A stretch of DNA of 63,976 bases, counting the filler, from Craspedostauros australis (lineage: Eukaryota): assembly GCA_030167865.1 (NCBI GenBank). It is 12 parts of 12 records of this genome, joined end to end, with 100 filler letters (N's around TTAATTAATTAA, not from the genome) between each part and the next. Parts side by side here need not be neighbours in the genome. Positions count along the whole stretch, not along the records: positions 10,940 to 12,956 come from JALAGF010001106.1; positions 13,057 to 15,923 come from JALAGF010001108.1; positions 16,024 to 17,065 come from JALAGF010001109.1; positions 17,166 to 18,790 come from JALAGF010001110.1; positions 18,891 to 47,115 come from JALAGF010001112.1; 7 more parts are not named here. The stretch is one strand, 5' to 3'. The notes below the pieces were generated by a model. It searched no databases. It worked only from the letters and a program-made list of their open reading frames with translations, and was not told where the DNA came from. Shown here one piece after another: positions 10,940 to 24,138 of the stretch. How positions within the stretch are numbered: position 1 is the first letter of the stretch; the number at the start of each line of letters is the position of its first letter. The position numbers and the translations under genes were made by a program.

Positions 10940-12956
10940 TACCATCAACACGATCAGAGGAGTACTCCGCACTGCATACGCCACGCACAGAGGAGGCAAA
11001 GCATACGTCGACGACTTCCAAGATAGTAACACGAAGAGCAACGACACCGGCTTCACAAGTACCGGTAACTTCAAGGGTACCTGCCACAACTGTGGTGTGT
11101 ATGGTCACAGATCCGCCGATTGCCCAGAACGCAAGAAATCGAACAACAAGAAAAACAACAACAACAACAANNNNNNNNNNNNNNNNNNNNNNNNNNNNNN
11201 NNNNNNNNNNNNNNNNNNNNNNNNNNNNNNNNNNAAGTGCAACTACTGTGGCATCTTCGGACACCGCGAGGCGGAGTGCCGAAAGAAGAAGTTCAACGAG
11301 AACAAGAAGGCCAACGAACAGGCCAACACAGCAACGGAAGGACACGACAAGAGCGGGCACGAGATGGTACTCTCAGCAAAAGACATGCCGCTCTGCATGT
11401 TGGTGTCCGACAACTACATCGAAGACTCCTTCTTCGATAACTTCGAATACGTCGGGAGTGACGACGAAGTGCAGGATGATGAGATCATCCCGGAGTGGCT
11501 CAGCGAGGAGCCAATCATCCATGAGGTGGATCCAAGATGCGAAGTGAGCTACGAATGCTGCTTCAACGCGCACAACCTGATCGGTCCATACGGCGACGGA
11601 GCCGAGATGGGCAACGAGGTCAACGATAGTGACATCGAAGAGGCCATGAGCGAAGAGGCCGACGACGAGATCAACGACAATGATAGAGGCCGAGACGAGA
11701 CAAACGGCGGCGCAGCACCGCCTCCCCCAGCGGCGGGGAACAACAGATCGGGTATCTTCGACGAAGATGACAGCGACGAAACCGAAGATCATCCGGACGA
11801 CAGCTTCAATCCAAACGAGCGTGTCGTCTATCCAAGAGACATCGACTTCCCACCGATTGGGAATCCCAACAAATCAAACTACCTTCATTGTCATGACACC
11901 ATTCCGTATGGAACGGAAACAGCATTGGTAATCCAGAAGCAACTCATCTTCGATACTGTGATGGAAGCAGGGGTGAAACTGTTCCCAGGAGTCGCACAAG
12001 GAGTGCTGAGACCAATATGGGTGAACATGATGGGATCGATCCTATCCGAGAACTTCAGATCAATCGAAGAGATTCTCGCCAATTCGGTTGTGATCAATCG
12101 CATACTGGAAGCAGCCGAGACAGAGACGATCCCAGAGACGGATCTTCATTACATCCTTGGAGGATGTATGCGCGTACTCTTACGCGAACGACCACGCGTC
12201 CACCCGTACGATCCAGTCACAGGATCACATCGAAACAGCACAATTCCATCGGACTACGCGCAACTACCCGACGACATGGATGACGGAGACCATCATCATC
12301 CATACAACGAAGATGGAGTTCACGAAGACGACGACGACGACAGCTTCGACGACGAGATAGCTGCGGCAGCTGTGGAGTAACTCCATGAGCTGAGCACCAA
12401 ATACAAGGACAAGGTCAACAAGGACGCCTGGCTCGCTGACAGCGGAGCTTCGTGTCACATCGTCGACTCGGACGCCGCTCTCTTCAACGTGCGGCACATC
12501 AAGTCCTTCGTCCAAGTGGGAGACAGCACGAAGCTGGACTCTCCCAAAATGGGATNNNNNNNNNNNNNNNNNNNNNNNNNNNNNNNNNNNNNNNNNNNNN
12601 NNNNNNNNNNNNNNNNNNNNNNNNNNNNNNNNNNNNNNNNNNNNNNNNNNNNNACGAACAAGGCTCTGTACAACGGTTACCAGCTTGGTAACAACGGCAT
12701 TCTGATGGACATCATCAACGGATCCGGAACGAAGATCGTATTCGATCGAGTCTTCCCTACATCCAACGGATTCATCACGGGAGTGCAGATGCATCCCATC
12801 ATGCCGACAAACGACAACAAGGCTTGCACAGCCATCGTCAAGAATCCATCCAAGGAGATCAGCGCGGTGAATCTGCACCGAATGCTCGGCCACGCGCCAC
12901 TCGAGACCATGAAGCGGACGGCCGCTCAGTATGGATGGAAGATTATCGGCGAGATG
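10940..12956 (+). mobile_element. Ty1/Copia LTR retrotransposon internal fragment (gag zinc knuckles, extension, protease, GAG-pre-integrase)
   Basis: Two CCHC knuckles (FKGTCHNCGVYGHRSADC; KCNYCGIFGHREAEC), protease WLADSGASCHI (~12429-12461) and pre-integrase LHRMLGHAPLETMKRTA. Confidence 0.9.
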
Positions 12957-13056
12957 NNNNNNNNNNNNNNNNNNNNNNNNNNNNNNNNNNNNNNNNNNNN
13001 TTAATTAATTAANNNNNNNNNNNNNNNNNNNNNNNNNNNNNNNNNNNNNNNNNNNN

Positions 13057-13135
13057 GTAGGAAAAAGCCGTAGAAATTTAACACGGAGGCTTTATAATGG
13101 ATCTGACAGATCCTTTATGGCTGGTCCATTAAGGG
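13057..13135 (+). mobile_element. Right terminus of a piggyBac-like element (related subfamily)
   Basis: gtaggaaaaagccgtagaaatttaacacgg ... ctggtccattaaGGG|ATAG, homologous to the ends at 240 and 34628. The contig begins inside the element. Confidence 0.65.
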
Positions 13136-14333
13136 ATAGTTACAAAGTTAAATTTTTCGCATTAGCCTTTGCCTAGACGCGTCAAGCGTGCGGACGGAAA
13201 AGAGCAAATGTGGTTGGGAATCGTCAGTCGTGTTTCGACATGCTGACCAGTCGTGTCTATCATCGACACACTCACATTTGACGGGGTGAGGCGGCTACTT
13301 GTGACGAAAGGTTGAGGATTGCGTGGTGGCAGTGGGCATGCCGAGGCTGCTGCTTTGTCTGGGCTTTGGATAAATGGAACCCATGTGGAGAAGAATGCAT
13401 ATAATGGTGAGAGGGTTGCAGGCTCCATGCTACCCACAGGGGGTACACCCCAATTCAACCTTTGCTCTCTCCCTTAGCTTGACCTGCATCATGCCTTGTG
13501 CTCGGTCTGCCGCTGTTCATGATTCAGGACATTCAGCTTCGTCCACATCTCAATCAGCACATGCTGCCTTCCCTTCATATGCCTATTCTATACTACAGCC
13601 TCGTCCTTGCTTCGGGTCTATTCCCTGCCTGTGTGTTTGGACCTCCTCTCTGCTCATCGTCGCCAATGGCCATCATTGGCTTCTGCCTGTTGCTCATCTG
13701 CTCCCCCTCTTTACTTCTTGTTTTGGTTGTATTGAATCCGCAAGCACTTGAATCACGATGCAAGAAACAACAAGGATAACAGCACTACTGTCACCAGTCT
13801 CTTTCTGCACCATGTCAACAGCTCAGCAGATGATCATGGTNTCCCATGTCNAAGGGGAACAAAGCAGATTGCACAGGACTTTGTAGAATATTCACAAACT
13901 AGCCAAGTATTATTTAGTATTGTATTTTGTTGTGCATAGCAAAGGATAAGTCACTGCGCTCTATTACATTACATAATATCATGTTGTGTAGCATTCGCAC
14001 GTGTGGATATTGTGGCCGATATGTAGGGATGACACCACCAATGCTTTGCTGCTTGACACAACACTGGCAGTAGGAAACACACAAAGGAGCCAAATCACCA
14101 ACAGCGTGAGCAACCGACATGACACCGGACCTGTCACAACATCACCATCCACACCATTGAATACAGCTTCGGTCTGTCATCGACCGTCATTGACGTCATG
14201 TGTTTTGTCCGCGTTGAGGACAAGCCAGCCAGTATTGGTGTCGTAGACATATAGCTAAATATGTCTAACCCTAGTTGACAACACGGTACATCGCCATCTA
14301 ATAAAGTAGTGTTTTCCTATTATTTACCTTCAG

Positions 14334-14399
14334 GAAAACATGATGGTACCCAGCATGGGGCTTACAGAAAACACGACGGTACCCAGCATGGGGCTTACA
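14334..14399. repeat. 33-bp tandem duplication
   Basis: gaaaacaYgaYggtacccagcatggggcttaca occurs twice. Confidence 0.9.
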
Positions 14400-14570
14400 A
14401 GAACCACTGAATTGGCAGCAGGAGAATTGTTCTTGCTCACCACGACCACCTTCCGTTCGCAAACAGTACGTCTGCCTCATGCAACCACCACTTTCGCACC
14501 CAGTGGTTGGATGTGGCGAGTTGACGCCAGAAGGATCCATTCACGAATTGTTGACAGCAAAACCGATGAA

Positions 14571-14725
14571 GTGCATTTAATGCACTCCAATTGCATTTAA
14601 TGCACTACAAATGCATTTAATGCACTCCATTTGCATTTAATGCACTACAATTGCATTTAATGCACTTCAAATGCATTTTTTGAACCCCAAATGCATTAAA
14701 TGCACTGCAAATGCATTTTTTGAAA
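14571..14725. repeat. 20-bp minisatellite containing the palindrome TGCATTnAATGCA, ~8 units
   Basis: Successive tgcatttaatgcactMcaWW units, degenerating at the right end. Confidence 0.9.
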
Positions 14726-15431
14726 AAGGAAGCAGGTTCGACGGGACTCGATGACGCTTCAACAAAACGGAATCAATGACTGAATGTGTCCGAGTAACAC
14801 ATATTGATAAACTATTAATATCAATGAATCAAACCAAGACGTCGCTGCGACATTTTCTTGCTCAACATTTCACAAACAGCGAAGAAACACAACAAATGAC
14901 AAAAAGCACTTTCGAGTCGTACTAGTCGTAAACTGAAGTATTCAATGCACTTGCCGGGTGTCCCAGCACTCACACTCCGCCAACGTCATCCAAACAGATT
15001 GTCAACTTTGGTCGAGTATGTCGACTGTTGTGTGAGGAATGTTGGGATTGTGGGGATTGTCGGGAATGTCGGGTGTCTTGTCGGGAATGTCGGGAGTTTA
15101 TCTGTTTCGACTCAAGGTTCTCTCAAGGGAGTAATTGACGCAATACGCGGCAATGATGTATGACCAATTCATAATATCATGATATTATGTTACTTAACTC
15201 GTTTCCGGTTGTAGCAAATCCCGACTTTCTGCCGAATGTCCCAGGCATTTACAAAACGAGCACCAACAACAATAGAGGACCACAAAGAGGCAGAGAGGAC
15301 AACACAACCGCATCAACACCAGATCCGTCTTTTTGTTCGTCTGATCTGTTCATCGAAAAGCGAACATAATTGCGATCGAAACAGCCGACAAGAGTTGGAC
15401 TTCGAGTATCCCATCAACCTCCATTTGCATC

Positions 15432-15923
15432 CATGGACGCAAAGATGACAACCGCTGCAGTGACAAACAACATGACGGCGAGTAGTAAGATCGACGTCGG
15501 GAGGAACGCGTCAAGCATGCGGCTGNCGNGAAGAGCTTTGCTTTCCTTTCGGTCCGGACAGGGTCAGGATGCCACCACCGCGTCGGTGCGTTCCGGTAAC
15601 TCAACCACCATCTCCACCGTCACCATCGGCGGCGATCGATCGTCAATCGAGGATGGGTCCAAGCACGAGATATACAGCATGGACAATACGCATTCAGATC
15701 ACAATGGTAGTGACCTGGGCAGCCGAAGTTTTCACCAACCCAGAAGACCAACCAACAGTACCAGGAGCAACGGCAGCAGCATCGACGAAGATGACATCGA
15801 TGATGCATCATCGTCTTGGAACAAGCTCGACTTTCTTCATTCTGGATTCGTTGGTCGGGATGATGAGTTGGAAAAGCTGAGATCGATCTATGGCCGGCTA
15901 TGTCGCAAGCAATCAGTAACATC
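15432..15923 (+). CDS. 5' part of a probable AAA_16/MalT-like STAND NTPase protein, truncated by the contig end
   Basis: A Ser/Asp-rich leader is followed by NKLDF..GFVGRDDELEKLRSIY, the typical pre-P-loop motif. The P-loop itself is not in the contig. Confidence 0.5.
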
Positions 15924-16023
15924 NNNNNNNNNNNNNNNNNNNNNNNNNNNNNNNNNNNNNNNNNNNNTTAATTAATTAANNNNNNNNNNNNNNNNNNNNN
16001 NNNNNNNNNNNNNNNNNNNNNNN

Positions 16024-17065
16024 TCTACCCATAGAACCGGACGCGACAACGACAGCCACCAAGGAGGAACCCCATCTGGGCTCTCCCTCATGCTTGGTGG
16101 GAACACAACGCACCGTACCCCACCTAACTTCCAGAACGAAACCCAACTCTCCAGCATCGCCAAGCAAGGATCACAAAACACGTCACCAGTGATCATCGAC
16201 ACCCGCGGTACCACNCCGCCCAACGAAGNNACNGAACCAGGCACNGACTACGACCAACNCCCTGGTAACGACGANACCGTNNACGTACCCGANAACCGCG
16301 GCCCCACAGGACGGAACCGACTCTTCCCCAACGTAGACCCNGCGACGATCGGCGANTACAACCGCAACCCAACCGGCGCCAAGGTAGTAACCTTCGCCCC
16401 CGAAACGACCGCCGGAGGCCCAGGAGGTACCAACGCACCCCGGATGAACTACCCAGAGAACGACGGGAACCGCCCACCCCACGATCGGAACCCGCATCCC
16501 TACCACGGTTCTGCGGATACACCAGCCTCACACGGCATGGGTAACTATCGAGACGACAACGGGCACGAACCCGTGAACCGAAACCCTGCCGGCAACCCAC
16601 CCGCAAACCATGGGACAAACCGCCCGCACCGTGACAACCATGGACCGCCAATTAACCATGGACACAACGACGATAACCCGTATGGGCATCCCCCTAACAT
16701 GGGAAACCAATTCCCTCATGGCCCACCGCTTCCGATGTACCACGGAACTCACCCAGGAGGATTCCCGCCCATTGGAATCCCTATCCCCATGGGCCATTTT
16801 CCCCATGGAGCCGGAGGTTTTCCAATGCCGCAAGGAGCCTTCACCCCTGTTGGACCCCCTCACCCCGGGTATCCACCACGACCACCCGCGTATGGGTACC
16901 GCCCAACCGATCCCAATGGAGGTTTCGGAAGACATGACCCTCGCAACATGGGCCCGAACACCCCACACGGGCGACACGAACCCGGGTATGCACCCCATCG
17001 AGGATCCACCCGCAGCGAACCACCGGTCGCCCAGGCCAAGCTAACGAAGCGACGCCCCATCCCTG
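16024..17065 (+). mobile_element. Multicopy Pro/Gly/Asn/His-rich ORF, probably a retrotransposon gag N-terminus
   Basis: The frame is open across the whole contig. Scattered single Ns suggest a collapsed consensus of copies. It ends in KLTKRRPIP, reminiscent of KRVKRPNTFP in the gag at 51949. Confidence 0.4.
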
Positions 17066-17165
17066 NNNNNNNNNNNNNNNNNNNNNNNNNNNNNNNNNNN
17101 NNNNNNNNNTTAATTAATTAANNNNNNNNNNNNNNNNNNNNNNNNNNNNNNNNNNNNNNNNNNNN

Positions 17166-18790
17166 GCATGTACTACTGGAAGCAAGGAGGCGCTCGACAC
17201 ACGCATTGGAAGAACTGTCCATGGTCATGGGACCATGAAGTCGAGGAAGGCACGGAGACCTTCACGGCTAGGTTGGAGCACGAGAGCAAGCTGCACGCAA
17301 GAAGAGATTCGAACGCAGCTGGCCACGCTCTCGGACGCATCAGACTCAGCAGACTGCGCCATGAAGGCGAGATAGCTGAAGGAGCTCAACGAGATGCAAT
17401 CGAGGAGCAGCAATGGAAGCACCGAGATGATCACATGGCGCTGTTGGCCATCGTGTGATACAGGTTCGAGTGCTGGCTGCGAATACTGCTGCGATATGAT
17501 CGCGGAGATAAGGATGTAACCTACCAGCCATGAATTGGCGACAACAATAAAAATAGCAACACAGGAAGTGCATGCTTCGATGAGAAGGGACAGTGCTGCA
17601 ACAAGGTGGACGGGAGGTCCGACCGCGCTTCGATCCCACGCTCGAGACGAAAGCCGAGGAACAGGAGGTATCCTCGCCATCAATCACGATGATGATTCAA
17701 GACATCCACGAAGCTGTAAGCCTCATCTACGACCGCCACCGTATCAAAAACGGTTATAAGCGCGCACGAGGCAACAACAGTGAGAGTGAGAAAACGCTGA
17801 CTACGGATCGATCGGTTTGGGACCAACTGTCCGCACCGTGATGCCCACGACAGTGAGATGACGGATCAACGCTTGCCAATGAAAGGCAAAAGCAAGAATA
17901 GCGGTGATGCCAAGAGGCAGAGCAACCGCGATGACAAACAAAGGCTGCGATGCAGGAGGGTGAGTCGACCAACGTCGCGATTGACAGGATGGATAACATC
18001 GCTCCTCATCATTGACGAGCTGATGTGCGCGGCCACCAACGAAAACGTGGCCGACATCAAAAATGTGACCAACACGAAATTTGTGGTCACCACCGAAATC
18101 GCGAACAACAAAAACGCGGTCGACATCAAAAATGTGACCAACGCGAAATTCGTGGTCATCACCGAAATCGCGAACAACAAAACAACAATGTGACCACGGG
18201 AAACTACACGATGGATACTCGTGATAACTGACAATGATGATGTCTCCGACTTCAACAGCGGAACACCAGTCAACGACTACGAGTTGACCAGGGAGGAGAC
18301 AGCCGAGTACACTTTGGGAGTGCTTGGCTACTACGGATCTACGATCGACCACGAAGAGTTGATCAACCGAGAACTCTCTCCATCCAAGAATAAAGAGAAA
18401 GGCGGCCGTACTCACGACAACGAGGAGGATACCAATTTCGACGAAGGCGTAACAACCGAAGCGGACACAGACGAGAACGAAATAGAAATAGATGGAGTGA
18501 ACGTGGACGAGGAGATTGACCGCGCCATCCAAGTGCCGGTACATAATCTCACTCCAATTTGGAGCTTCCCCGACAGGAAGATCGATGAGGCGTCGCACTG
18601 GGACATGAACAATGCACGATGTCCGTTGCGCCTTAAGCGCAGACCATTGAATGCATGGTGCATGGACTGCCCAGAACTCCCATTCTCTATTCAGATTCCG
18701 GATGGTCCAAGAGGAGCAATCCTGTGGACCAAAGCGGAAAGGGAGGAGTGCAGAGGACTGCTCATGGACGCAGATCCGATCTGCCTCTCT
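17166..18790 (+). mobile_element. Degenerate Copia-like gag fragment with an acidic extension
   Basis: Broken ORFs include IQDIHEAVSLIYDRH...SEKTL. A 69-bp tandem duplicate (18042/18111) encodes decayed knuckle-like KCDQHEICGHH, followed by a ~190-aa acidic ORF. Confidence 0.4.
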
Positions 18791-18890
18791 NNNNNNNNNN
18801 NNNNNNNNNNNNNNNNNNNNNNNNNNNNNNNNNNTTAATTAATTAANNNNNNNNNNNNNNNNNNNNNNNNNNNNNNNNNNNNNNNNNNNN

Positions 18891-19232
18891 GCATGGTGGA
18901 GCAGCAGCGCGCAGCAGCAACCAACATTGACAACACCACCTTCTCAATCTCGGACATGCCACAAGCCCCCACTGCTGGGTTTGTCCATCGTCGCGAGAAT
19001 GACAATGTGCTGAGCCGAAACGATTCTGTACACCAACGAATGGATGGTGTTCCAAGATCTGTCACAACAGGAGTTCATTCAGCTGCTGTCTCTGAGGATG
19101 GACTTGCATCAACAGTGCATGCATGAGCCCCAACCAAGTTCATGTTGCAAGAGGATGCTCGCTCAACAACACACCAGGCAGTGAAAAGCGCACAATGGGC
19201 AACAAATGAGCACCAACCAAGACACACACACA
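18891..19232 (+). repeat. Inverted identical copy of 47216-47557 (3' end of a repeated ORF)
   Basis: The same peptide MVEQQRAAATNIDN...STVHA* and its 3' flank occur in both places. Confidence 0.92.
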
Positions 19233-20393
19233 CATCAACAACAACACCCACAAACAAACAGAACCAAGTCAGTGCGCTGCTAGAATAAGCCAACACCGAT
19301 AGTAGCAACAGTAACGAACACAACAAACCTGACTTGCCACAGCCGCGATCCGACCACCAAATGGATTGCCGTTGTCGATTTACTCGACTGTGACGAAACG
19401 TTGATAATTCGTGACCCTAAATACAAACTATTTTATTTTGTAACTTTTACGATGACTCCCTGACCACGGCTTCTGCAGAGTCACACGAAGAGTGGCGATA
19501 CACTGGACCACCAATCATCTTATCGCAGAAACAAACACGTCTGCCATGTTGTTGTATGTTCGTATGTGCAAACCTCATTCTGCGATCGATCAGTTGTCTT
19601 GTTGGGCAACTGTGCACCCTGCCTCTGCCAGCTACGAATACGCGACCATAGGAGAAGCTTCTATTCTACTATACTCTCCAGAATACGAATAGGAAAAGTC
19701 TCCGCTTTCGTGGAATGCCATGATGTGCCACATGCCAACAACCATGAGCGGTGATGGGAGACGAGGAGAGGAAAGGAGAAGAAATCAACAGTCTGCTCTA
19801 TTTGGATGTCTTACGCGCGCAGAGTGCGCAGAGTGTGGTAGAAGGGAGATGTTTGTTACCAGAGCGAACCATGCGTATCCCTGTAACATTTATGTTGCTA
19901 TTTGGACGTCGCCGACTTCGTCCGTCACCACAAACCCAATGCGACCACAACATGCGCAACCACATCACATCTTAGAACACAGTTTCCCCTTGCATACCTG
20001 CATACGCTCCAGAGTACTCGAGGAGATCATCATGGGTGGAACCTCACAGGACCATGCCATGCAATAACGACACACCACCATGTTTCCCCACAGGGCTGCT
20101 CGTAATCCTCGTTGCACGATTACATTCAATATTGCCCGTGTTGGCGTTGTTAAACCCTAACAAACTTATTGAAGTGCATCACTCAACAAGTGCAAGTCTT
20201 CCAGACGCAGGCTTGCGAACAAACCCTCTCGCGAATCCTTTCATTTATCGACCAACCTTTCGCACCATGGAAACCACTTTTGCACAATACCACACTCGTA
20301 CAAATAGATCGGGGCACTATGGTGGTCGTATTTCATCGTCATCAAGTGCCATGCACGAGGTCACAGAAGTCATATGCCGAGATGAAACGAAGA

Positions 20394-21909
20394 TCACTGC
20401 TTCATGAAGTCCGACAACATCACGGCGGAGGCTGCCATGATAAGTATGGTCGATGCGCCCACTATTGTGACCGGCCCGAGGTGACTGCCGCTCCCATCGT
20501 CGCTGCCGTCGGTGCCATCAGTCGAACTTCCATCGTCAGTCCCCGAGCTGCGGAATTCGATGGATCCAGCCCCGCCAGATCCTGCATTGCCATCCTTCCC
20601 ATCATCCACGTACAATCGGAAGAAGGTGGTTGGATCCCCTTGGGCCGAAGTGATCTTGGCAGATGAAACCAGCACGTAGTAGCGATCCAGATCGTTCGTC
20701 GCAAAGGTGACAGTCGACATGGGGAACTTGGCAGCTCCGCCCCCGCTCAAGCCGTACGTGCATTCACCGCTGGACACGTCGTCGGCTGCCACCATCGCTT
20801 TCGTCACGGGGATGCAATTGAGATCGTTGCAGTTGGGTGCGTTGTACACGGTAATTTCGAAGCCGTCCACGTTGCCAGCTGCGCACACCCCGACCGTGAC
20901 GTCGCTGCCCGTTCCGAAGATCTGATACCAAACGCTGGGGAACCTGTTGAGCTGACCCGCGCACAATGGGACACTTCCGCGCCTGGCATCCGTCAGTTTG
21001 CCTTCGATGCGGGTGCGATCTCGCGGGATGGGCCCGATCGCCTGGTTGCAGACATCGTTGCGGGGGATGCCGACTTCGCGAACGGACAGGAAGGCATCTC
21101 CCGGAGGGCCTTGGACGAGAACGGAGTACCTCACATTCTTCACCGTGTCGAACTCGTGCGCTCTGCCGATCGTGCTCCACTCATCGCCGGCTTGACGGAA
21201 TGGACAATCGAAATCCACACTAGTGCCACCGCCCACACATGTCAAGGAGTCGCAATCGCCAGAGAAGATGGAGAGCTTCGTCTCTACTTGCGTCCTGGAG
21301 AAGCCGTTGGGTGCACCCTCGTCACAAGTGGAAACTCGCACGCGCTTGCCGATGCCTTTGAAGTAAAACCAGATCCCCGCCTGATCGATCAACGTGCCGC
21401 ATGATTGGATGCCTGGGATGGTACCCATCGTCTTTTCTCTCAAATTGCCTGGATTTCCACGCACGGACGCGCCCGCGAAGGGACTAATTTGCATCAGGGC
21501 GCCGTCTGCCATGCAGCTATCCATTTCTGGCCGCAGCGCCGTGGAGGTGTCCGGCACTTGTCCCGTCGCTGACAGGCCGTATCCGAATGCATATTGAGAT
21601 GGAGCAGAAGAATCACATGGCGTGAATACGAGAGTATGAACGGTCGATCGCAGGGGAGGAAGTTGAGCTTGAAGAAGCACGCGCATGTCAACATGTCCAC
21701 ACGATCCCTCTGGTTTGTGTGCAACGGAGGTGCAGTGTCAACACTGGAGCACGTCACTGATCAGCACCATCGTTTATTGACCACAGGTCGACGCAGAAGC
21801 ACATTTTCACCGTACCTTGTCCCATCATCGCCAACATCACTCCAATCACCATGGCGAAAGCCATCGTTGCCGAGTTCTGCGGATGGCGGATCTTTCCTTT
21901 CCCATTCAT
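20394..21909 (-). CDS. Secreted, likely GPI-anchored Cys-rich surface protein with two repeated domains; exons 21909 (or 21864)-21816 and 21568-20394
   Basis: The intron GTACGG(21815)...TCAG(21569) joins the hydrophobic leader MAFAMVIGVMLAMMGQ|ATG-QVP. Two repeats (C..G[IV]W[FY]...G.G..V.V..C...C..L.C) are followed by a Ser/Gly/Asp linker and a hydrophobic C-terminus. Confidence 0.75.
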
Positions 21910-22584
21910 CGTCGTCGCCGCTGTCGCAATTGTTGCTGTCGTTTCTTCCTTCTCCACACTTCATGTGAGTGGAAACACACGTACTTCTGTATCTCGAGGT
22001 GGCTTTCGTTGGTTTCTACGGCTGAGCGAGCCCAGTGATGGTGGCGTTGCTTGCTGAATGCGCGCACTGCGTTATCTCCTGATTGCCTTCATTCTGTTCT
22101 TCCGACTTGCACACCCTTGTTGTTCTGGTGGGTTTCTCTCGACCACATTCCTCTCTTTCTCGGAGTCGTCGCGTGTTCCACGATCGAAGTCGAGAAGCGC
22201 AAGTCATTTTGTTGTTGGCGTGAAGATTCCAAAGATACGAAAAGACTGATGGTCTTTGTGAGTCATGGATGTCATTTGGTACTCAAACAGTATCATATTC
22301 CTTTATTGACTAATAGGATTAAAATGGAGTTGAAGTTTCATGGTTGTTTGTCAACAACCATCATCACGACCACCACCAAGAAACGCACGATGGCGGTGAC
22401 AGGAACAGTCGCGGAGAGCATCAACAAATGAGCACCAAATCCAAACGGCGACTGCACAAAAGTCACAACAACCGATGAAGGGAGAGACAACGACTTGACG
22501 CATCCATCAACACCGACCAATACGGTACAGATTCCCATCTTCTTCTACAGCATTGTGCTTACATAAACGAACGCCGCCGCCGAC

Positions 22585-23414
22585 ATGTCCCGGATTCTAT
22601 CACTCTTCGCGCTGATCGTGACAACGACGCATGCATTTTCGACTGTGACGCGACCCAGCGATCATGCGTCTTCCTGCAGCCATCGACGTAGGAGACAGGA
22701 TGATGCAATTCCAGCAACGACGATGATGCAACCATCCATTCCTCATCGCATGCTGCATGCAAGCCAGTGCAATTCTCGTCGCGGCACGGCACTACGGTCC
22801 ATCCTGGACGACGTTGCGCGTTCATCAAACGACGACGATGATGACGTGGAGAAATTCAATCCACTGTCGTACAACAAAGCACAGACCGTGTCGGGCATCG
22901 GGTATACGGGAAATCAAATCTCGCTGCGCAAGATGAGGATGCAGGGGATGGTGGACGAGCTGCTGGATGCCGTTGGTGACGATGAGAAGATGGAGGAGAT
23001 CCTGCGAGAACAGAAGGAGTTTTTGCTGGCACCGTTGGAGGATGGCGAGACCATCTTGGTAGGTCGCATTTTGGGTCGTACCGAACAAGCCGTGACATGA
23101 CGGATTGGTAATGCTTGATGTGGCGATTCAGTCCACTGCGCTGTGTTGCGACACTGTGGCGTGCACAGGCTCCATTCTGTGACTCAGCTCTTTCCACTCT
23201 TCGTCTTTTTTCTTGAATATCTTGTTACCACTCGCCGCGCGATGACCTCGATGCCGTGCAGGACCCTGATTCCATATACACACCCGAGATGTCGAGGTCA
23301 GAGAGGTACGCAACGTACCAACTTTCGATGGACAAGAGAATTGCCGCCGCCCGTAACGCTCGAGTAAAACAAGTGCTGGAATCCATGCGCGAATTCGTCG
23401 TTCGGTGCGAATGA
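22585..23414 (+). CDS. Hypothetical protein with a bipartite plastid-targeting presequence; exons 22585-23058 and 23262-23414
   Basis: Signal MSRILSLFALIVTTTHA|FST (ASAFAP-like) followed by an S/R-rich transit region. The intron GTAGG...TGCAG gives the in-frame DGETIL|DPDSIYTPEMSRSERY...VRCE*. Confidence 0.75.
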
Positions 23415-24138
23415 ACGATGCGAAGGAATCAGAGTGAAACAATGCTCTGCACGGTTACGACAAAACGATGCTGTGGACGATTGATCTGGTTTCAACAGTG
23501 ATCAGCATTCATACGGATTGATCTGAAGTGACAACACGATACGCGCACGCGCACTCACAATGTATGGATCGTAATAGGAACACGCGCGCAGCGTAGCACT
23601 GAACATGGAATGTCTATATCGTAATGTAACTGAATCCTCCATTCCGGTGGATAGAAAAGGATGGCATGAGTGCTGACTGTGTGAGTAAGTACTTCGGTAT
23701 CGGACTGTTGTTTGGCCTCAAACAGCTCCTTGATTTGCGACGTGGTCTGAAAAATCGACTCACACGACCAATGATCAAAACTCGATCTTGTGTTTCACGA
23801 CCAAAGCACTTGTGGGTGTGTGGAGAGACGCGAACAGTTCCGAAAAAGATTCCCTGGTGACAACAACAGCGCAAGTCGCACACAGTCATCAGCGCTCGCG
23901 CATGCTCGCGCACACTTTCTCTGTCTGATCGACAAGAGAGACAGCCTCGATCTGACCACAAGAAAGAGAGAGACCTCCTCAGCTTCATCCAAGCACTCCA
24001 TACCTAGCTCGTGTTATACGTACCACCTCCCATCTGAACCAAACCGGGTGCTGCACATAGCAACATCGGTCAACCACAACGTGATCCCCCTTCACCCACC
24101 ACGAGACAACGAGACAACGAGCTGCGCAACTAAGTAGG

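Noticed and set aside
14244..14275. Helitron 3' end (hairpin plus CTAG|T)
   Set aside because: The hairpin is AT-rich and only 3 nt from CTAG. No 5' TC end or RepHel sequence was identified.
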